A DNA stretch of 64,000 bases from a virus (taxonomy: Duplodnaviria > Caudoviricetes), in the IMG/VR virus record IMGVR_UViG_3300028886_000001; one strand, written 5' to 3'. The notes under the pieces are model-generated. The model worked only from the letters and a program-made list of their open reading frames with translations. It was not told the DNA's origin and ran no database searches. Positions 30,081 to 41,533 of this stretch are shown here, one piece after another. Both the position numbers and the translations under genes were made by a program. Numbering within the stretch: the stretch's first letter is position 1; every line of letters starts with the position of its first letter.

Positions 30081-31609
30081 TGATATTCTATTATACTGAG
30101 ATAGTGAAAGATAATCTTGATATAACCAATGTTATTGGTGGTCAGTTTGTATTCTGTACTGATACATTTGATGTATTCTATGATAGAGATTTAGAGACAA
30201 GAATACAAATAGATCAAGGAGATGTATTCTTCTTAAATACTGATGAAGATAGAGAAGCTATACTAAATCCTTTAAAGAATAAGATATATTATGTAAAGAG
30301 TACTAATACTCCTTACAGATATAATGGAGCATGGTTTAAAATAACTGATAATGATATGATTATGCAAGTTGTTTTTGATAATGATGAATATGTTCCAGTA
30401 AACTTTGCTACTGGTAATAAACAAGTGGCAGTAAACACATTAGCAAGCCAAGTATATACCACTCCTAACTTTACCGCTCAAGATGAAGTTTCTCAATTGA
30501 CCTTATTAAAAGTAGAGAATAGATATGCTTATGCTGCTAGAGAAAATCAAATGGAATTTGAAATACCATTTCCAATAAAACCATACAATTTTTATAGAGA
30601 TAAGTTGAATGTAGTTCTTAGAAATCAAGTTATATCTGAGAATAAATATACTATACAAGATGATATGCTTGTATTCAATGATAATTATTATCATATAACT
30701 CCAGGTGAATCTATATTATTCACTTTCTATTACAATATATATATAGATTTAAATGCTGGAGTTAAATTAGAAAGTAAGAATATAGGAGAAGGAACAATTA
30801 CAGAAGATAAGATAGCTCCTAATGCTGTAAGTTATAATAAATTATCAGATGAATTAAAGACTAAGTTAGGAGTAATATCATCTGATGATGGTGTAACCAA
30901 AGTATCTATAGCAGAAAAACTATTAGGAAGAACTTCTAATAACTCTAAATACGAAATAGAAGGTAATCAACTATCAAATGCTTTAGATGTAACACTTATC
31001 CCATCTAATAATCTAAGTGATGTAGGAATGTATATACGTCAAATGGAATATGATAGTAATCAATCTAAGAGAATGATTAAATTAATTGATGCTGATGGTA
31101 ATACTTCATTTCCTGGAAATGTAAGTGCTAAATCACTATATGTAGCTGGTAACGAGGTATATCATCCTAATAATCTACCTACAGCATGCCAAATAGGTGG
31201 AGGAGAAATTATAGAATTATGTAAATACAGATTTACTTCAAATAAGATATATGGAGTACAAAGTTATAAGAATTCAAAGAATGTAACTACTTTTGGTAAA
31301 TATATTAAATTTGATTCACCACTAGGTGGCACTTATCAAGTACAAGTAATAGTGCCTAATATATATATTAAACCTGGAGATTTAATAACTTGTAAGGCAG
31401 AGATTTTATATAATGGTGTAACAAGTTATGCAACGTATATTATAAATCAAAGAATATATAATTCTCCAGCATCTAATCTAAAGATAAATATAGCAGGAAC
31501 TTATTCTGATGTATTCTCTATAGGTCCAGGAGGAAGTTTATTTCTAAGTGGTAATATAAACTTTAGTGATGACACACCAGTATTAGTACAAATAATAAAG
31601 ATTAGTTAA
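30080..31609 (+). CDS. Putative tail fibre protein
   Basis: IGEGTITEDKIAPNAVSYNKL, GNEVYHPNNLP fibre motifs; N-terminus paralogous to 31687. Confidence 0.65.
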   Translation: MIFYYTEIVKDNLDITNVIGGQFVFCTDTFDVFYDRDLETRIQIDQGDVFFLNTDEDREAILNPLKNKIYYVKSTNTPYRYNGAWFKITDNDMIMQVVFDNDEYVPVNFATGNKQVAVNTLASQVYTTPNFTAQDEVSQLTLLKVENRYAYAARENQMEFEIPFPIKPYNFYRDKLNVVLRNQVISENKYTIQDDMLVFNDNYYHITPGESILFTFYYNIYIDLNAGVKLESKNIGEGTITEDKIAPNAVSYNKLSDELKTKLGVISSDDGVTKVSIAEKLLGRTSNNSKYEIEGNQLSNALDVTLIPSNNLSDVGMYIRQMEYDSNQSKRMIKLIDADGNTSFPGNVSAKSLYVAGNEVYHPNNLPTACQIGGGEIIELCKYRFTSNKIYGVQSYKNSKNVTTFGKYIKFDSPLGGTYQVQVIVPNIYIKPGDLITCKAEILYNGVTSYATYIINQRIYNSPASNLKINIAGTYSDVFSIGPGGSLFLSGNINFSDDTPVLVQIIKIS

Positions 31610-31686
31610 AATTAATTGTCTTAGCTGAAATATGCTAAGACAATTATATTGAAACATCTAAGTATAATTAAGAAAAGGAGTGATTA

Positions 31687-33045
31687 ATGATGCTAAAGAA
31701 GATTACATATAGTGAATTAGGAATGACACCTATAGTAGTTGGAGATATAATTTATGTAACTGATAGATATGATTATTATTATGACACAGCTAAAGGTAGA
31801 AGTTTAGTATTAGATATAGTCAAAATAGAAACAGAAAAAGAAAGAACATCATTGACATATATACAATCTGATAAATTATATCTAGTAAAAGAAGACAATA
31901 AGCTATATAGATATTTATCAGAAAGTGCTTTATGGCAAGCTGTAGATATATTAGAAGTAGTAGATCTATTAACTTTATCTTCAGAATTAGTACCTATTAC
32001 TATAGTAAGAGATGGTATTAATTATGCACCAAGAACATTAGCTAATAATGTATTTACTGATGACGGAAAGAAGTTATCAGATGTAATGAAAGATTATGTA
32101 AGAGATGGTAAGAGATTTGTATTAAAAACTCATACATCATCTTTTACAGTTACAGAAGATAAACAAAGAGTATTTACTCTAGATCCACCATATAATAACT
32201 TTGACTTTGCTAAATATCCATTGCATATATTAGTAAATGGTAGATTAGCTAATGAAGCATATTATTATATAAACGGTAATCAACTTATATTCTCTAATGA
32301 CTTATCTACTGGTATAAAGAGAGGAGATAAGATTATTCAAGTATATCATTATGTAGATATAATATGTGAAACAGATGGTATAGATGCACAATCTATAAAT
32401 GGTGTAGGATTTACTATCAGTCCTTATCCACCAATAAGAAAAGAAAAAGATGATATATGGATAGATACAACAGAGCATGTAATCAAGCAATATGATGGTG
32501 AACATTGGCATGTTGCTGTATCTGCTAATGGAGAAAATAGAATAAACTTCAATGTAAAGAAAGCTACAATGGATGTAACAGAGTTTACAACTACTGTAGA
32601 TATTGGTATTAGTACTTTTAATAAGGATACAGATTTATTAATGGTATTCTTAAATAGTATATACTTAGAAGAAGGCGATGATTATACTATATCACCAGAT
32701 AGTAAGAAGATAGTATATGCTGGAGACGAAGCAGGTTGGGATGGTACTGATGTATCTCAAGTATTCAACTTTGTTGTATTTAAGAATGTATCAGATGTAA
32801 CTGGAGATATAGATGGAAGTTATCTAATAGATAATACTGTTGGATATGATAAACTATCTTTCCAAGTGCAGAATTATATTAAAGATACTAAAGAAATAAA
32901 AGAGAGATTAGATACTATAGAAACATATTTAAGCTTCTGCTTAATAATAGAACCTCTAATAGATAGTAATAATGATGTATTATTGACTTCAGATACTAAT
33001 GAGTCTATCTTAATAGGAGAAAAAGATATATTCAATCAAGGCTAG
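31687..33045 (+). CDS. Putative tail fibre/baseplate protein
   Basis: Paralogous N-terminus (KLYLVKEDNKLYRY vs KIYYVKSTNTPYRY), DIWIDT, VFLNSIYLEEGDDY; late promoter 31653..31664. Confidence 0.65.
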   Translation: MMLKKITYSELGMTPIVVGDIIYVTDRYDYYYDTAKGRSLVLDIVKIETEKERTSLTYIQSDKLYLVKEDNKLYRYLSESALWQAVDILEVVDLLTLSSELVPITIVRDGINYAPRTLANNVFTDDGKKLSDVMKDYVRDGKRFVLKTHTSSFTVTEDKQRVFTLDPPYNNFDFAKYPLHILVNGRLANEAYYYINGNQLIFSNDLSTGIKRGDKIIQVYHYVDIICETDGIDAQSINGVGFTISPYPPIRKEKDDIWIDTTEHVIKQYDGEHWHVAVSANGENRINFNVKKATMDVTEFTTTVDIGISTFNKDTDLLMVFLNSIYLEEGDDYTISPDSKKIVYAGDEAGWDGTDVSQVFNFVVFKNVSDVTGDIDGSYLIDNTVGYDKLSFQVQNYIKDTKEIKERLDTIETYLSFCLIIEPLIDSNNDVLLTSDTNESILIGEKDIFNQG

Positions 33046-33093
33046 AAAGGATCTTATGATCCTTTCTATATTTTATTTAAGGAGGAGATGTAA

Positions 33094-34068
33094 ATGGCAA
33101 AATGGTGTATAGATCCAGGACATGGTGGATTAGATAGAGGTTTCTCTGGTCAGAATGGAGATGCTGAAGCAGATTATAATTTAAAAGCAGCATTAGCATG
33201 CAAGAAAGCTCTAGAAGACAATGGACAGGAAGTAGTGCTTACTAGAGAACATGATGTACAAGTAACATCTGCTGAAAGATGTTCTATATGTAGTAATTAT
33301 AAATGTGATTACTTTGTATCTATTCATATGAATGGAAGTGATAATGATAGTAGTCTTAGAGGAGTAAATTGTTATATATTTGATAAAGCTGATAGTGTAA
33401 CAATGAATATGGCTCAAAGAGTAGTCTCATCCGTATATAATTTTATAGTACAAACAGACGAGACTAATTACGAAGGTATAAACGAATCTAGCTTTGCTAT
33501 AATGAAATATTCTGGTGTACCAACAATAATGATTGAAGGAGACTATATTACTAATCCAGAAGTAGAAGGTCATTTTAATTGTGAAGAATATGGTATAGCT
33601 ATAGCATATGCATTAATAGATTTTGCAGATGGTCCATTTGATAAAGCTAGTTATGCTCATCCAGAAGAAATACCTAGATATGAAATAAGTAATAATACTT
33701 ACTATGGAAAGCTAAGAGACTTATTAAATCAATATGGTTATAGAGATTATATGGATAGAATACTAAAAGTAACAGATGACGAACCAGATGCTAAGATGAT
33801 ATATGCTTTATCAAGATGTAAACTTAAAAAAGGTGATGCAAATGATATAGTATTATTATTAAAAGATATGCTTAGTAAAGTGAAGTATCATAATCCAGAT
33901 ACAGGAGCAGATGTAACTCAATTTACATTCAAACACAAGAGTGATCCATTATTTGATAATGATATGGATTCAGTTATTAAATTCATTCAAAAGGAGAATA
34001 AATTAAATCCTGATGGCATCATAACATGCAAGTTGTGGGTTATAATATTAACACTTTATTGTAAATAA
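33094..34068 (+). CDS. N-acetylmuramoyl-L-alanine amidase (Amidase_3) with C-terminal peptidoglycan-binding domain
   Basis: IDPGHGG, EADYNL, LTRE, FVSIHMN, IMIEGDYITN; C-terminal FIQKENKLNPDGII..W. Confidence 0.9.
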   Translation: MAKWCIDPGHGGLDRGFSGQNGDAEADYNLKAALACKKALEDNGQEVVLTREHDVQVTSAERCSICSNYKCDYFVSIHMNGSDNDSSLRGVNCYIFDKADSVTMNMAQRVVSSVYNFIVQTDETNYEGINESSFAIMKYSGVPTIMIEGDYITNPEVEGHFNCEEYGIAIAYALIDFADGPFDKASYAHPEEIPRYEISNNTYYGKLRDLLNQYGYRDYMDRILKVTDDEPDAKMIYALSRCKLKKGDANDIVLLLKDMLSKVKYHNPDTGADVTQFTFKHKSDPLFDNDMDSVIKFIQKENKLNPDGIITCKLWVIILTLYCK

Positions 34069-34089
34069 ATTAAAGAGGAGTGATTTACA

Positions 34090-34671
34090 ATGTTACAAGA
34101 TGTAATATATAATTCATTAATGCCATTATTACAATCATTACTTGTCGCTTTAATAACTATTGGAGTTGGATTTGCTATTTCATATATAAAATCTAAAAAG
34201 AAAGATCTTATATTAAAAGCAAATCAAATTAAAGATGAAGATAAAAGAAATGCTGCATTATATGCAATAGATGCTATAGATAATGTATTGAATACAAATA
34301 TAGTAGCTATGAACGATACAGCTAAGAAGATAAAGAATGCTGATTTAACTGCAGAAAACAGAAAAGAAGAACTAGCTAAGTTAGCTGAAACAGTAAAGAA
34401 TGATGTTATAGCTCAATTGTCAGAATCTATAAAGAATGAATCATCAACTATTATAAATGATTTAGATGGTTATATTGCTAAGAGATTAGAGAAGAATTTA
34501 GATGATTTAAAGAAAGAATCTAATTATCTATCAACTGGTACAATAGAAGTTGCACCATTAAATCCAATAAAGGCTACAGATGAACCACAAGCAATACTAT
34601 TATCAAATACAAAAGAAGATAATAGCGTTAAAGAAGTATCTATGAATGACGTTGTTATAGAAGATAAATAA
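34090..34671 (+). CDS. Holin-like protein (single N-terminal TM, LL-H-like)
   Basis: N-terminal TM followed by basic patch and helical domain; directly after amidase. Confidence 0.55.
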   Translation: MLQDVIYNSLMPLLQSLLVALITIGVGFAISYIKSKKKDLILKANQIKDEDKRNAALYAIDAIDNVLNTNIVAMNDTAKKIKNADLTAENRKEELAKLAETVKNDVIAQLSESIKNESSTIINDLDGYIAKRLEKNLDDLKKESNYLSTGTIEVAPLNPIKATDEPQAILLSNTKEDNSVKEVSMNDVVIEDK

Positions 34672-34759
34672 AACAATCTTGACTATGTCAAGTTTATATA
34701 GATTCCGTAGAGATAACTAACAAATATATCAAAAAAAAAACAATAGCTTGTACTAAAAA

Positions 34760-34787
34760 AAGACCTAAGGAGAAATCCTTAGGTCTT
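34760..34787 (+). terminator. Intrinsic terminator with GAAA tetraloop
   Basis: AAGACCTAAGGA-gaaa-TCCTTAGGTCTT. Confidence 0.75.
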
Positions 34788-34868
34788 CTTTCCCGTTTAA
34801 ATTTACTACATCTGTAACTGATAAATAATTATAAAGAGATTAAAAAAAGAAGAAAGGATGATATTACA

Positions 34869-35213
34869 ATGATAAAAGTAAAGGTATTTACAAATAGTTT
34901 ACAAAACTCAATGAATAAAAGAGAGAAGTTTAAGTTTATCCCTAAAGGGTATTTAGAAGTAGAAGAATTTGATAAAGATGAAGCATGGAACTTATTAAAT
35001 TGGAGTAATTATGCAAAAGAGCAACCAAAGGAAACATTAAATACAGAAGTTTCTACATGTTGTAGTGGAATATTATTACAAGAAGAAGGACAAGATGAAT
35101 GTTATCTTTCATTATCTGTAGGGTGGAAGAGATTCACTAACTTTGAAGAAGCATTTAGATGGATGAGACCAAGAGCAAGAAAGAATTTCTTAATAGATGG
35201 TGATATTATATGA
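34869..35213 (+). CDS. Hypothetical protein
   Basis: AAGGATG RBS; ATGA overlap with next gene. Confidence 0.7.
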   Translation: MIKVKVFTNSLQNSMNKREKFKFIPKGYLEVEEFDKDEAWNLLNWSNYAKEQPKETLNTEVSTCCSGILLQEEGQDECYLSLSVGWKRFTNFEEAFRWMRPRARKNFLIDGDII

Positions 35214-36403
35214 GAAAGATATGGAGAAAATTATCTAATGAAGAATTGATATATGCTCTTAATGTCAATACTAATACTAGAGGAACTTTAGTAGAAGTTC
35301 ATATAGCCGATTTACACTTAGGTGTAAATCGTTTAACTCCTGAATATCAATATAATATATTAAAAGAACAGTTTGTCAATAAGTTATATAATTTAAGATT
35401 TGATATATTATCTATAGACGGGGATTTATTTGATCATAAAGTAATGAATAATAATAAGGTAGTATTATATGCTTCATTACTTATAGATGAGCTAGTAAAT
35501 ATATGTAAAGAGAAGAATGCTACTATGGTTTTAATACATGGTACAGAATCTCATGATGCTAAGCAGTTAAAGATGTTTTATCATTATCTTAATGATAAAG
35601 ATTTAGACTTGCGTATAGTAGAAGACGTTAAGTTTGAATATATTAAAGGAGCAAAGATATTATGCATACCAGAGCTATACGGAAAAGGAGAAGATTATTA
35701 TAATTATTTTCTTAAAGGTTGTGGTGTATATGATAGTGTATTTATGCATGGAGAATTTAAAGGAGCTATATATAATAACAGACAAGAACTAGGACTAAAT
35801 TCTCCTACAGCACCAGTATTTGATATGGATGATTTCTGTTTATGTAGAGGACCTATAATATCAGGTCATGTGCATGTAGCAAATTGTTTTAAGAAGCACT
35901 TTTACTATACTGGATCTCCTATGAGGTGGCAGTTTGGTGAAGAACAAGAGAAGGGGTTTTACATAGTATTGCATAATTTAGACACTCAGCAATATTATAT
36001 AGAAATGGAGCCTATATTTAGCTATAGATTTGATACTATAAATCTAGAAGAAGAGTTAATGAAGGATCCAAAAGAAGTCATAGACTATATAAATAAGATA
36101 AAAGAAAATGGTATAGATTTTATTAGAGTAAAGTTTGGAAGTCCTACATTACAAGACGCAATTAATAATGTAAAGATAATCAAGCAATACTTTAGAAATA
36201 ATGATACAGTAAAGATAGATGCCGATATAAATAATACTAGAAAAGTAGATAAAGAAACTCAGAATAAGTATGATGAGTATTCTTATATACTAGATAATAA
36301 TTTAAACGAATATGATATATTATCAAAGTACATTAATCAACAAGAGAACTCTGAGTTCATTACTCCAGATGAACTTAGGTCTATAGTAAACGATATTTTA
36401 TAG
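35210..36403 (+). CDS. sbcD: SbcD/Mre11-like metallophosphoesterase nuclease
   Basis: IADLHLG, DGDLFD, HGTESHD, FMHG, SGHVH, YTGSP. Confidence 0.88.
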   Translation: MRKIWRKLSNEELIYALNVNTNTRGTLVEVHIADLHLGVNRLTPEYQYNILKEQFVNKLYNLRFDILSIDGDLFDHKVMNNNKVVLYASLLIDELVNICKEKNATMVLIHGTESHDAKQLKMFYHYLNDKDLDLRIVEDVKFEYIKGAKILCIPELYGKGEDYYNYFLKGCGVYDSVFMHGEFKGAIYNNRQELGLNSPTAPVFDMDDFCLCRGPIISGHVHVANCFKKHFYYTGSPMRWQFGEEQEKGFYIVLHNLDTQQYYIEMEPIFSYRFDTINLEEELMKDPKEVIDYINKIKENGIDFIRVKFGSPTLQDAINNVKIIKQYFRNNDTVKIDADINNTRKVDKETQNKYDEYSYILDNNLNEYDILSKYINQQENSEFITPDELRSIVNDIL

Positions 36404-36487
36404 ATATTTTTATAGTAAAAAAATTTGTAGCCAACATAAAAATATCTGAAAGAAGAAAAAAATAATTAAGGTGGGGTGACCAATCAA

Positions 36488-38491
36488 ATGAACGAAGAAA
36501 TGTTGAAAAGGAGAAATAGGTATAGCGGTCAAAATATAAGATACGTTAAGAATGAAAAGAAAGCTACTATAAATTTTAATTTAAATGAGTTAAACACATT
36601 TTGTGCTTATGCTATTACTATAAATAATATGAAGATAAAGAAGAAGAACTTATTTAATATGAGAAATCTATTCTATTCTATAGATTTAGAAAGATATAAA
36701 ATGAGTGATGACTTATATAATAGAGCAATATTTATAAGAAAGGCAATGGATGCTAGATTAAATCAAGGATTAGAAGATCCTAATTTAATCATTTCTGCTG
36801 TAAATGGTGGTATGGGTGAAGATGATTTAGTAGATAGATTAAACTTCATTAATATAACTTTTACCGATGGTGAATTAGATTATATAAATAATACTATAAG
36901 CAGCTGTTTACAATATATTTATATATATGAAAATGTAGATGATACAATAAAAGCTTGTACAGATTTCAAAGCAGAAGACTTTGATAATAAAGCACAAGCT
37001 GCTAAGAACTATAGTAGAGTAATTACTAAAGCATACACTGATTTAATGAACGTTACTACATCAAATGATGATGAATTAACTTTCAGTCTTAGAGAAGATA
37101 AATTAGAACCATCTTTAACTGTAGTTAAAGATCAATTATCTAATCCTTCATTAAAATTAAGAACCTGTATTAAAGGTATGAACGAAATGCTAGGTGGAGG
37201 ATTTGAAGGTAGTAGAATATATATGTTTTTAGGATTAGCAGGAGTAGGTAAGTCTATGACTATGCTTAATCTAGCATATCAAATGAAAAAAGCCAATAAA
37301 GATTATACTACTAAAGACCCAGATAAAATACCTGCTATAGTATATCTTACTATGGAAAACACAGTAAGAGAAACTATACAGAGATTATATGAGATGATAG
37401 TAGGACAAGATAAAGATATGTCTAAACTATCTGTACAAGATATAGTAAATCTATTAAAGTCTGAAGGAGAATTATATCTATCTTCAGAAAGCCCAATAGA
37501 TATAATAATCAAATATAAACCTAATAACTCTGTAGATACTAATTATCTATATGAATTAGATGAAGAACTTCAATTTGAAGGATATGAAATGATATGTCTT
37601 ATTCAAGACCATATTAAAAGAATAAGACCTGTCAATAGAAGAAATGATATAAGATTAGATCTAGGTGAAGTAGTAAATGAGATGAAAGTATTTGCTCAAT
37701 TAAAGGATATACCAGTAATTACTGTATCTCATATTAATAGAGAAGGATCTAGAAAGGTAGAAGAAGCTAGTAGAGTAGGAAGACAAAATATTACTAAACT
37801 ATTAGGACGTTCAACAGTAGGAGAATCTATGCTTATGATAGATAACTTGGACGGTGCATATGTCATAGGTAAAGAAAAGGGTGTAGATGGTGATATATAC
37901 CTCGGTATAAATAGAATAAAGGAAAGGTATAAATGTACAGATGAGTCTAAATATATAACTATTCCGTACGAGAAAAATAATGATATTAGACTTAAGGAAG
38001 ATCTATTTACTACAGAAAATATAGTAGACGTTACTAAGAAGAAAAATATTAAGAGAGAGATGACTACTATTGATTTTGCATTTGAAGAAGATGTAAGAAA
38101 CAGACCTGATATGTTTTATACTAAATATAAAGATACTCCTAAGAGTAGATTGAATATAACAATTCCAGAAAGTCAAACTATGGTTAGACACTTTGTTAGA
38201 TTTAGATATGAATATAGGTTTGAGCATCTACATGAAATAGTAGATAAGATTAATGCTCTACCAAAAGGACCAAATTTAATTGGTAGACAACTTGATCTTT
38301 TTGAAAAGATAATGAACCCTCATAATTTAGACGGTAAAGAGGTAAATATATATGGTATGAATGACGGACTTACTACACCAGAAGGTAAACATGTTGTATG
38401 GAGATGTTTTAGTGATAAAGCATATAAAAAATACATGCAATCTGGAGAAAACCCATATTATCAAGGAGGATACAAACCAAAAAAAGAATAG
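36488..38491 (+). CDS. dnaB: DnaB-like replicative helicase
   Basis: Walker A GLAGVGKS, TMEN, QDHIKRI, VSHINR; ORF track GTG start 36476. Confidence 0.9.
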   Translation: MNEEMLKRRNRYSGQNIRYVKNEKKATINFNLNELNTFCAYAITINNMKIKKKNLFNMRNLFYSIDLERYKMSDDLYNRAIFIRKAMDARLNQGLEDPNLIISAVNGGMGEDDLVDRLNFINITFTDGELDYINNTISSCLQYIYIYENVDDTIKACTDFKAEDFDNKAQAAKNYSRVITKAYTDLMNVTTSNDDELTFSLREDKLEPSLTVVKDQLSNPSLKLRTCIKGMNEMLGGGFEGSRIYMFLGLAGVGKSMTMLNLAYQMKKANKDYTTKDPDKIPAIVYLTMENTVRETIQRLYEMIVGQDKDMSKLSVQDIVNLLKSEGELYLSSESPIDIIIKYKPNNSVDTNYLYELDEELQFEGYEMICLIQDHIKRIRPVNRRNDIRLDLGEVVNEMKVFAQLKDIPVITVSHINREGSRKVEEASRVGRQNITKLLGRSTVGESMLMIDNLDGAYVIGKEKGVDGDIYLGINRIKERYKCTDESKYITIPYEKNNDIRLKEDLFTTENIVDVTKKKNIKREMTTIDFAFEEDVRNRPDMFYTKYKDTPKSRLNITIPESQTMVRHFVRFRYEYRFEHLHEIVDKINALPKGPNLIGRQLDLFEKIMNPHNLDGKEVNIYGMNDGLTTPEGKHVVWRCFSDKAYKKYMQSGENPYYQGGYKPKKE

Positions 38492-38502
38492 AATGTAGTT
38501 TC

Positions 38503-38928
38503 CTACATTCCACAATTAACTCTATTTTCATATATAGTTTTACTTTCAGAATTTGCTATAGAAGACAATATAGTTTGCATATCATCTATCTTAAGCATAT
38601 TAAGTTTTCTAAAGTCAAATTCTTTAACACTACACACATTGTTTAGTAATAATATGACATAGTATAATTCAGTATTCTTATATACATCATAAGCTAATAA
38701 CTTTGGTTTATATAGATACTTATTATATTCATCATCATCAAGGACAACAGTTACTGCCTTCTCTTTGATTAATGGCAAATAATCATTTATAAGATTATAA
38801 GAAATAGATAATGTATCTCCATCTTTATCATATAGAGATATTGCATCATAACACAATGAGTTATTACTACATTTTATAAAATCATCAACAGTATATGTTT
38901 TAGTAGAATCAGCTGTATAACTAGACAT
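38503..38928 (-). CDS. Baseplate protein, T4 gp53/LysM-like
   Basis: YKPKLLAYDVYKNTELYYVILLLNN. Confidence 0.7.
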   Translation of the reverse strand: MSSYTADSTKTYTVDDFIKCSNNSLCYDAISLYDKDGDTLSISYNLINDYLPLIKEKAVTVVLDDDEYNKYLYKPKLLAYDVYKNTELYYVILLLNNVCSVKEFDFRKLNMLKIDDMQTILSSIANSESKTIYENRVNCGM

Positions 38929-38932
38929 ATTC

Positions 38933-39268
38933 TTATACCTCCCTTATGAGTTCACATTTATCAATATCCCCACCGATAAATGTAACTATGAATTTACTAC
39001 CTACTTTACCAGCAGGTATATGTTTTGGAACTAATAATTCTAGATAATTACAACAGTTATATTTGGTTTCACCAATAGAACTCTTATTGTAATTATCTAT
39101 ACTTACTGTATTATTTATTTGATTTGTTTGTTTGGCTACAACACTATTATCTATAAATGGCATTATTGCTGGTATTCTGAATTTACAGATTGTATTTGGT
39201 TGATAATCCTCTAGTGCTATAGCTATTTCACTATAGTACATCTTAGAATCAGTATAAAAATTATTCAT
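38933..39268 (-). CDS. Baseplate hub/spike OB-fold protein (gp5-N/gpV-like)
   Basis: CKFRIPAIMP...PAGKVGSKFIVTFIGGDID; late promoter 39295..39306. Confidence 0.6.
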   Translation of the reverse strand: MNNFYTDSKMYYSEIAIALEDYQPNTICKFRIPAIMPFIDNSVVAKQTNQINNTVSIDNYNKSSIGETKYNCCNYLELLVPKHIPAGKVGSKFIVTFIGGDIDKCELIREV

Positions 39269-39344
39269 ATTTTACATCTCCTATAACTTTTAATTAATAA
39301 AATGTTATAGAATAACGTTAATACATTTAAGGAGGAATATTATT

Positions 39345-39797
39345 ATGGTTAAAGATAGTATATATAATTTACTATTGGATTTATTAAATTTACAGGTAAT
39401 AGAGGAGGACAGATTATTATACTGTCCATTAACAGATTCAGTATTTATATGCGATGGTAAGTATATTAAGGTATATACAGAAGAAGAATTAGCAAATGGT
39501 GTTAAACTAGACAAAAGGTCTGAGACATTATTTGATCCAATTAATAATTATAGATTAATAGAAAGGTTATTTCAGTTCTTCTTATGTACATTAAGAGATT
39601 ATGAGGATGTTACTATAGATAATGTAGTTAGACTTCCACCAGATACTTTAAAGAGATCAGAAATATACATTATGTATGAAGAAGATTATTCAAAATTATA
39701 TAGTGATAGATTCAAGAATGTATGTCTATGCTTTATAGATATTATATTTAAATATAATAGTATAAATGTAGACCTACATCCATTTGATACTATATAA
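39345..39797 (+). CDS. Hypothetical protein
   Basis: AAGGAGG RBS. Confidence 0.75.
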   Translation: MVKDSIYNLLLDLLNLQVIEEDRLLYCPLTDSVFICDGKYIKVYTEEELANGVKLDKRSETLFDPINNYRLIERLFQFFLCTLRDYEDVTIDNVVRLPPDTLKRSEIYIMYEEDYSKLYSDRFKNVCLCFIDIIFKYNSINVDLHPFDTI

Positions 39798-39814
39798 GAA
39801 AGAGAGAGATAGAT

Positions 39815-41020
39815 ATGGGATTTATGCTCACACCACAACAAAAGTACATCCATGATGAAGCTTTAAAGTTTTTAAAGAATAATTCAGAACAGCTATTCCA
39901 GATTGATGGATTAGCTGGTACTGGAAAATCAGTATTACTTAATTCTATATTACAAGATAGTGGTATACCTAAACACAGAATAGCTCCTATGAGTTATATA
40001 GGTCAAGCATGTATAGTTATGAGAAGGAAAGGTATGATGAATGCAAAGACTATACATAGTTGGTTATTTGAATCAGTAGATGAATATGTATACGATAAAG
40101 ATGGTAATATAGTAATGGATAAATACTTTGATAGACCAAAGATAAAGAGTTCTTGGAAACCTAAACCATTAATAGATATTGATTTAATTCTTATAGATGA
40201 AGCATCTGCAGTACCTTATGAGTTTAGACAAGAGATATTATCTAGAGGAACAAAAGTGATAGCAGTAGGAGATTTAGGACAGTTACCTCCTGTATATGGT
40301 AATCCTGCATTTTTATGTGATGGAAAGATATATCACCTTACAGAAGTATTAAGACAAGCGGCAGGATCTGCTATATTATATATAGCACATAGAGCTAGAC
40401 ATGGATTACCAATACATCAAGGTTTATATGGTAATGTATTAGTAATAGATGAATGTGATTTGAATGATAATATGCTATCTAGTGCTGATATTGTTATATG
40501 TGGTAAAAATAATACCAGAGACTATATAAATAAAAGAATAAGACATGATATATACAAGATAGATCAAGAATTACCTCTATATGGAGAAAAGATGGTCTGT
40601 AGAAAAAACAATTGGAACATAGAAGTCGATGGTATAAACTTAGCTAATGGTTTAATAGGTAGAGTAGTAAATGCTCCTGGTGTAGAAGGTTTTGATGGAA
40701 AGACATTTACTATGGATTTTAAACCAGACTTTATGAGAAATGCATTCTTAGATGTAAAGTGTGATTATGCTTATCTTACTGCTTCGGCTAAGCAAAGAAA
40801 CTTTCTTAAGAATGATAGATATAATATATCAGAGAAGTTTGAATATGCTAATGCAATAACTTGTCATATGTCTCAAGGAGCTCAATTTAGAAATGGTATA
40901 TATATAGAAGAATATCTTAATAAAGATATACAAAACAATCTTAATTATACTGGACCTACAAGATTTACTGATAATCTAATATACGTTAAAAAACAGAAGA
41001 AAAATTTTTATTTCTATTAA
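39815..41020 (+). CDS. dda: SF1B DNA helicase (Dda/RecD-like)
   Basis: GLAGTGKS, TIHS, IDEAS, GDLGQLPPV, LTEVLRQ, YANAITCHMSQG. Confidence 0.9.
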   Translation: MGFMLTPQQKYIHDEALKFLKNNSEQLFQIDGLAGTGKSVLLNSILQDSGIPKHRIAPMSYIGQACIVMRRKGMMNAKTIHSWLFESVDEYVYDKDGNIVMDKYFDRPKIKSSWKPKPLIDIDLILIDEASAVPYEFRQEILSRGTKVIAVGDLGQLPPVYGNPAFLCDGKIYHLTEVLRQAAGSAILYIAHRARHGLPIHQGLYGNVLVIDECDLNDNMLSSADIVICGKNNTRDYINKRIRHDIYKIDQELPLYGEKMVCRKNNWNIEVDGINLANGLIGRVVNAPGVEGFDGKTFTMDFKPDFMRNAFLDVKCDYAYLTASAKQRNFLKNDRYNISEKFEYANAITCHMSQGAQFRNGIYIEEYLNKDIQNNLNYTGPTRFTDNLIYVKKQKKNFYFY

Positions 41021-41063
41021 AAAATATATTTGATTAAACTCTATAGTGTGCAAAATATGATAT

Positions 41064-41076
41064 AATTATATATTAT
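41064..41076 (+). promoter_or_regulatory. Early-type promoter
   Basis: AATTATATATTAT. Confidence 0.65.
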
Positions 41077-41143
41077 AATATTGGTATGCGATGAGTATGC
41101 ATACTATAGAGAAATATCAAATAAATATTAAGGAGGAATAAAA

Positions 41144-41518
41144 ATGGGAAAAACAGTATTTAAATATGTCGATGAAGACAAGAGAGAAAAATATTTAGAA
41201 AGAATGAAAAAATCAGATGCTCCTGTGTATGCAGATAAGACATATATCTTATTACTTACAGGAGAAGATGAAAAAGGATCCTTTTATAATTATAAGATAA
41301 TAGAAGGAAGAAAAGAAGCATTTGATTATCTACTTAACTTATTAAAAGCATTCAATGAAGAGAATGAAGGTTATTTAGATATAGAAGAGTCAAAGGTATT
41401 GATAGACGGAAGTGATATTTCATTAGATAAAGCGGCTAATGTAAAGAGGTTTATGGAATACGTTTCAGCTAAGTTAAATATACCTTTTGATCCAGATGAA
41501 TATGACAAAATAAAATAA
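41144..41518 (+). CDS. Hypothetical early protein
   Basis: AAGGAGG RBS. Confidence 0.75.
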   Translation: MGKTVFKYVDEDKREKYLERMKKSDAPVYADKTYILLLTGEDEKGSFYNYKIIEGRKEAFDYLLNLLKAFNEENEGYLDIEESKVLIDGSDISLDKAANVKRFMEYVSAKLNIPFDPDEYDKIK

Positions 41519-41533
41519 AGGGGGGTGTAATTC

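Noticed and set aside
34672-34760. Possible tRNA/ncRNA in the longer intergenic gap (also 43480-43560 and 16680-16760)
   Set aside because: No cloverleaf, TTCG arm or convincing structure beyond terminators
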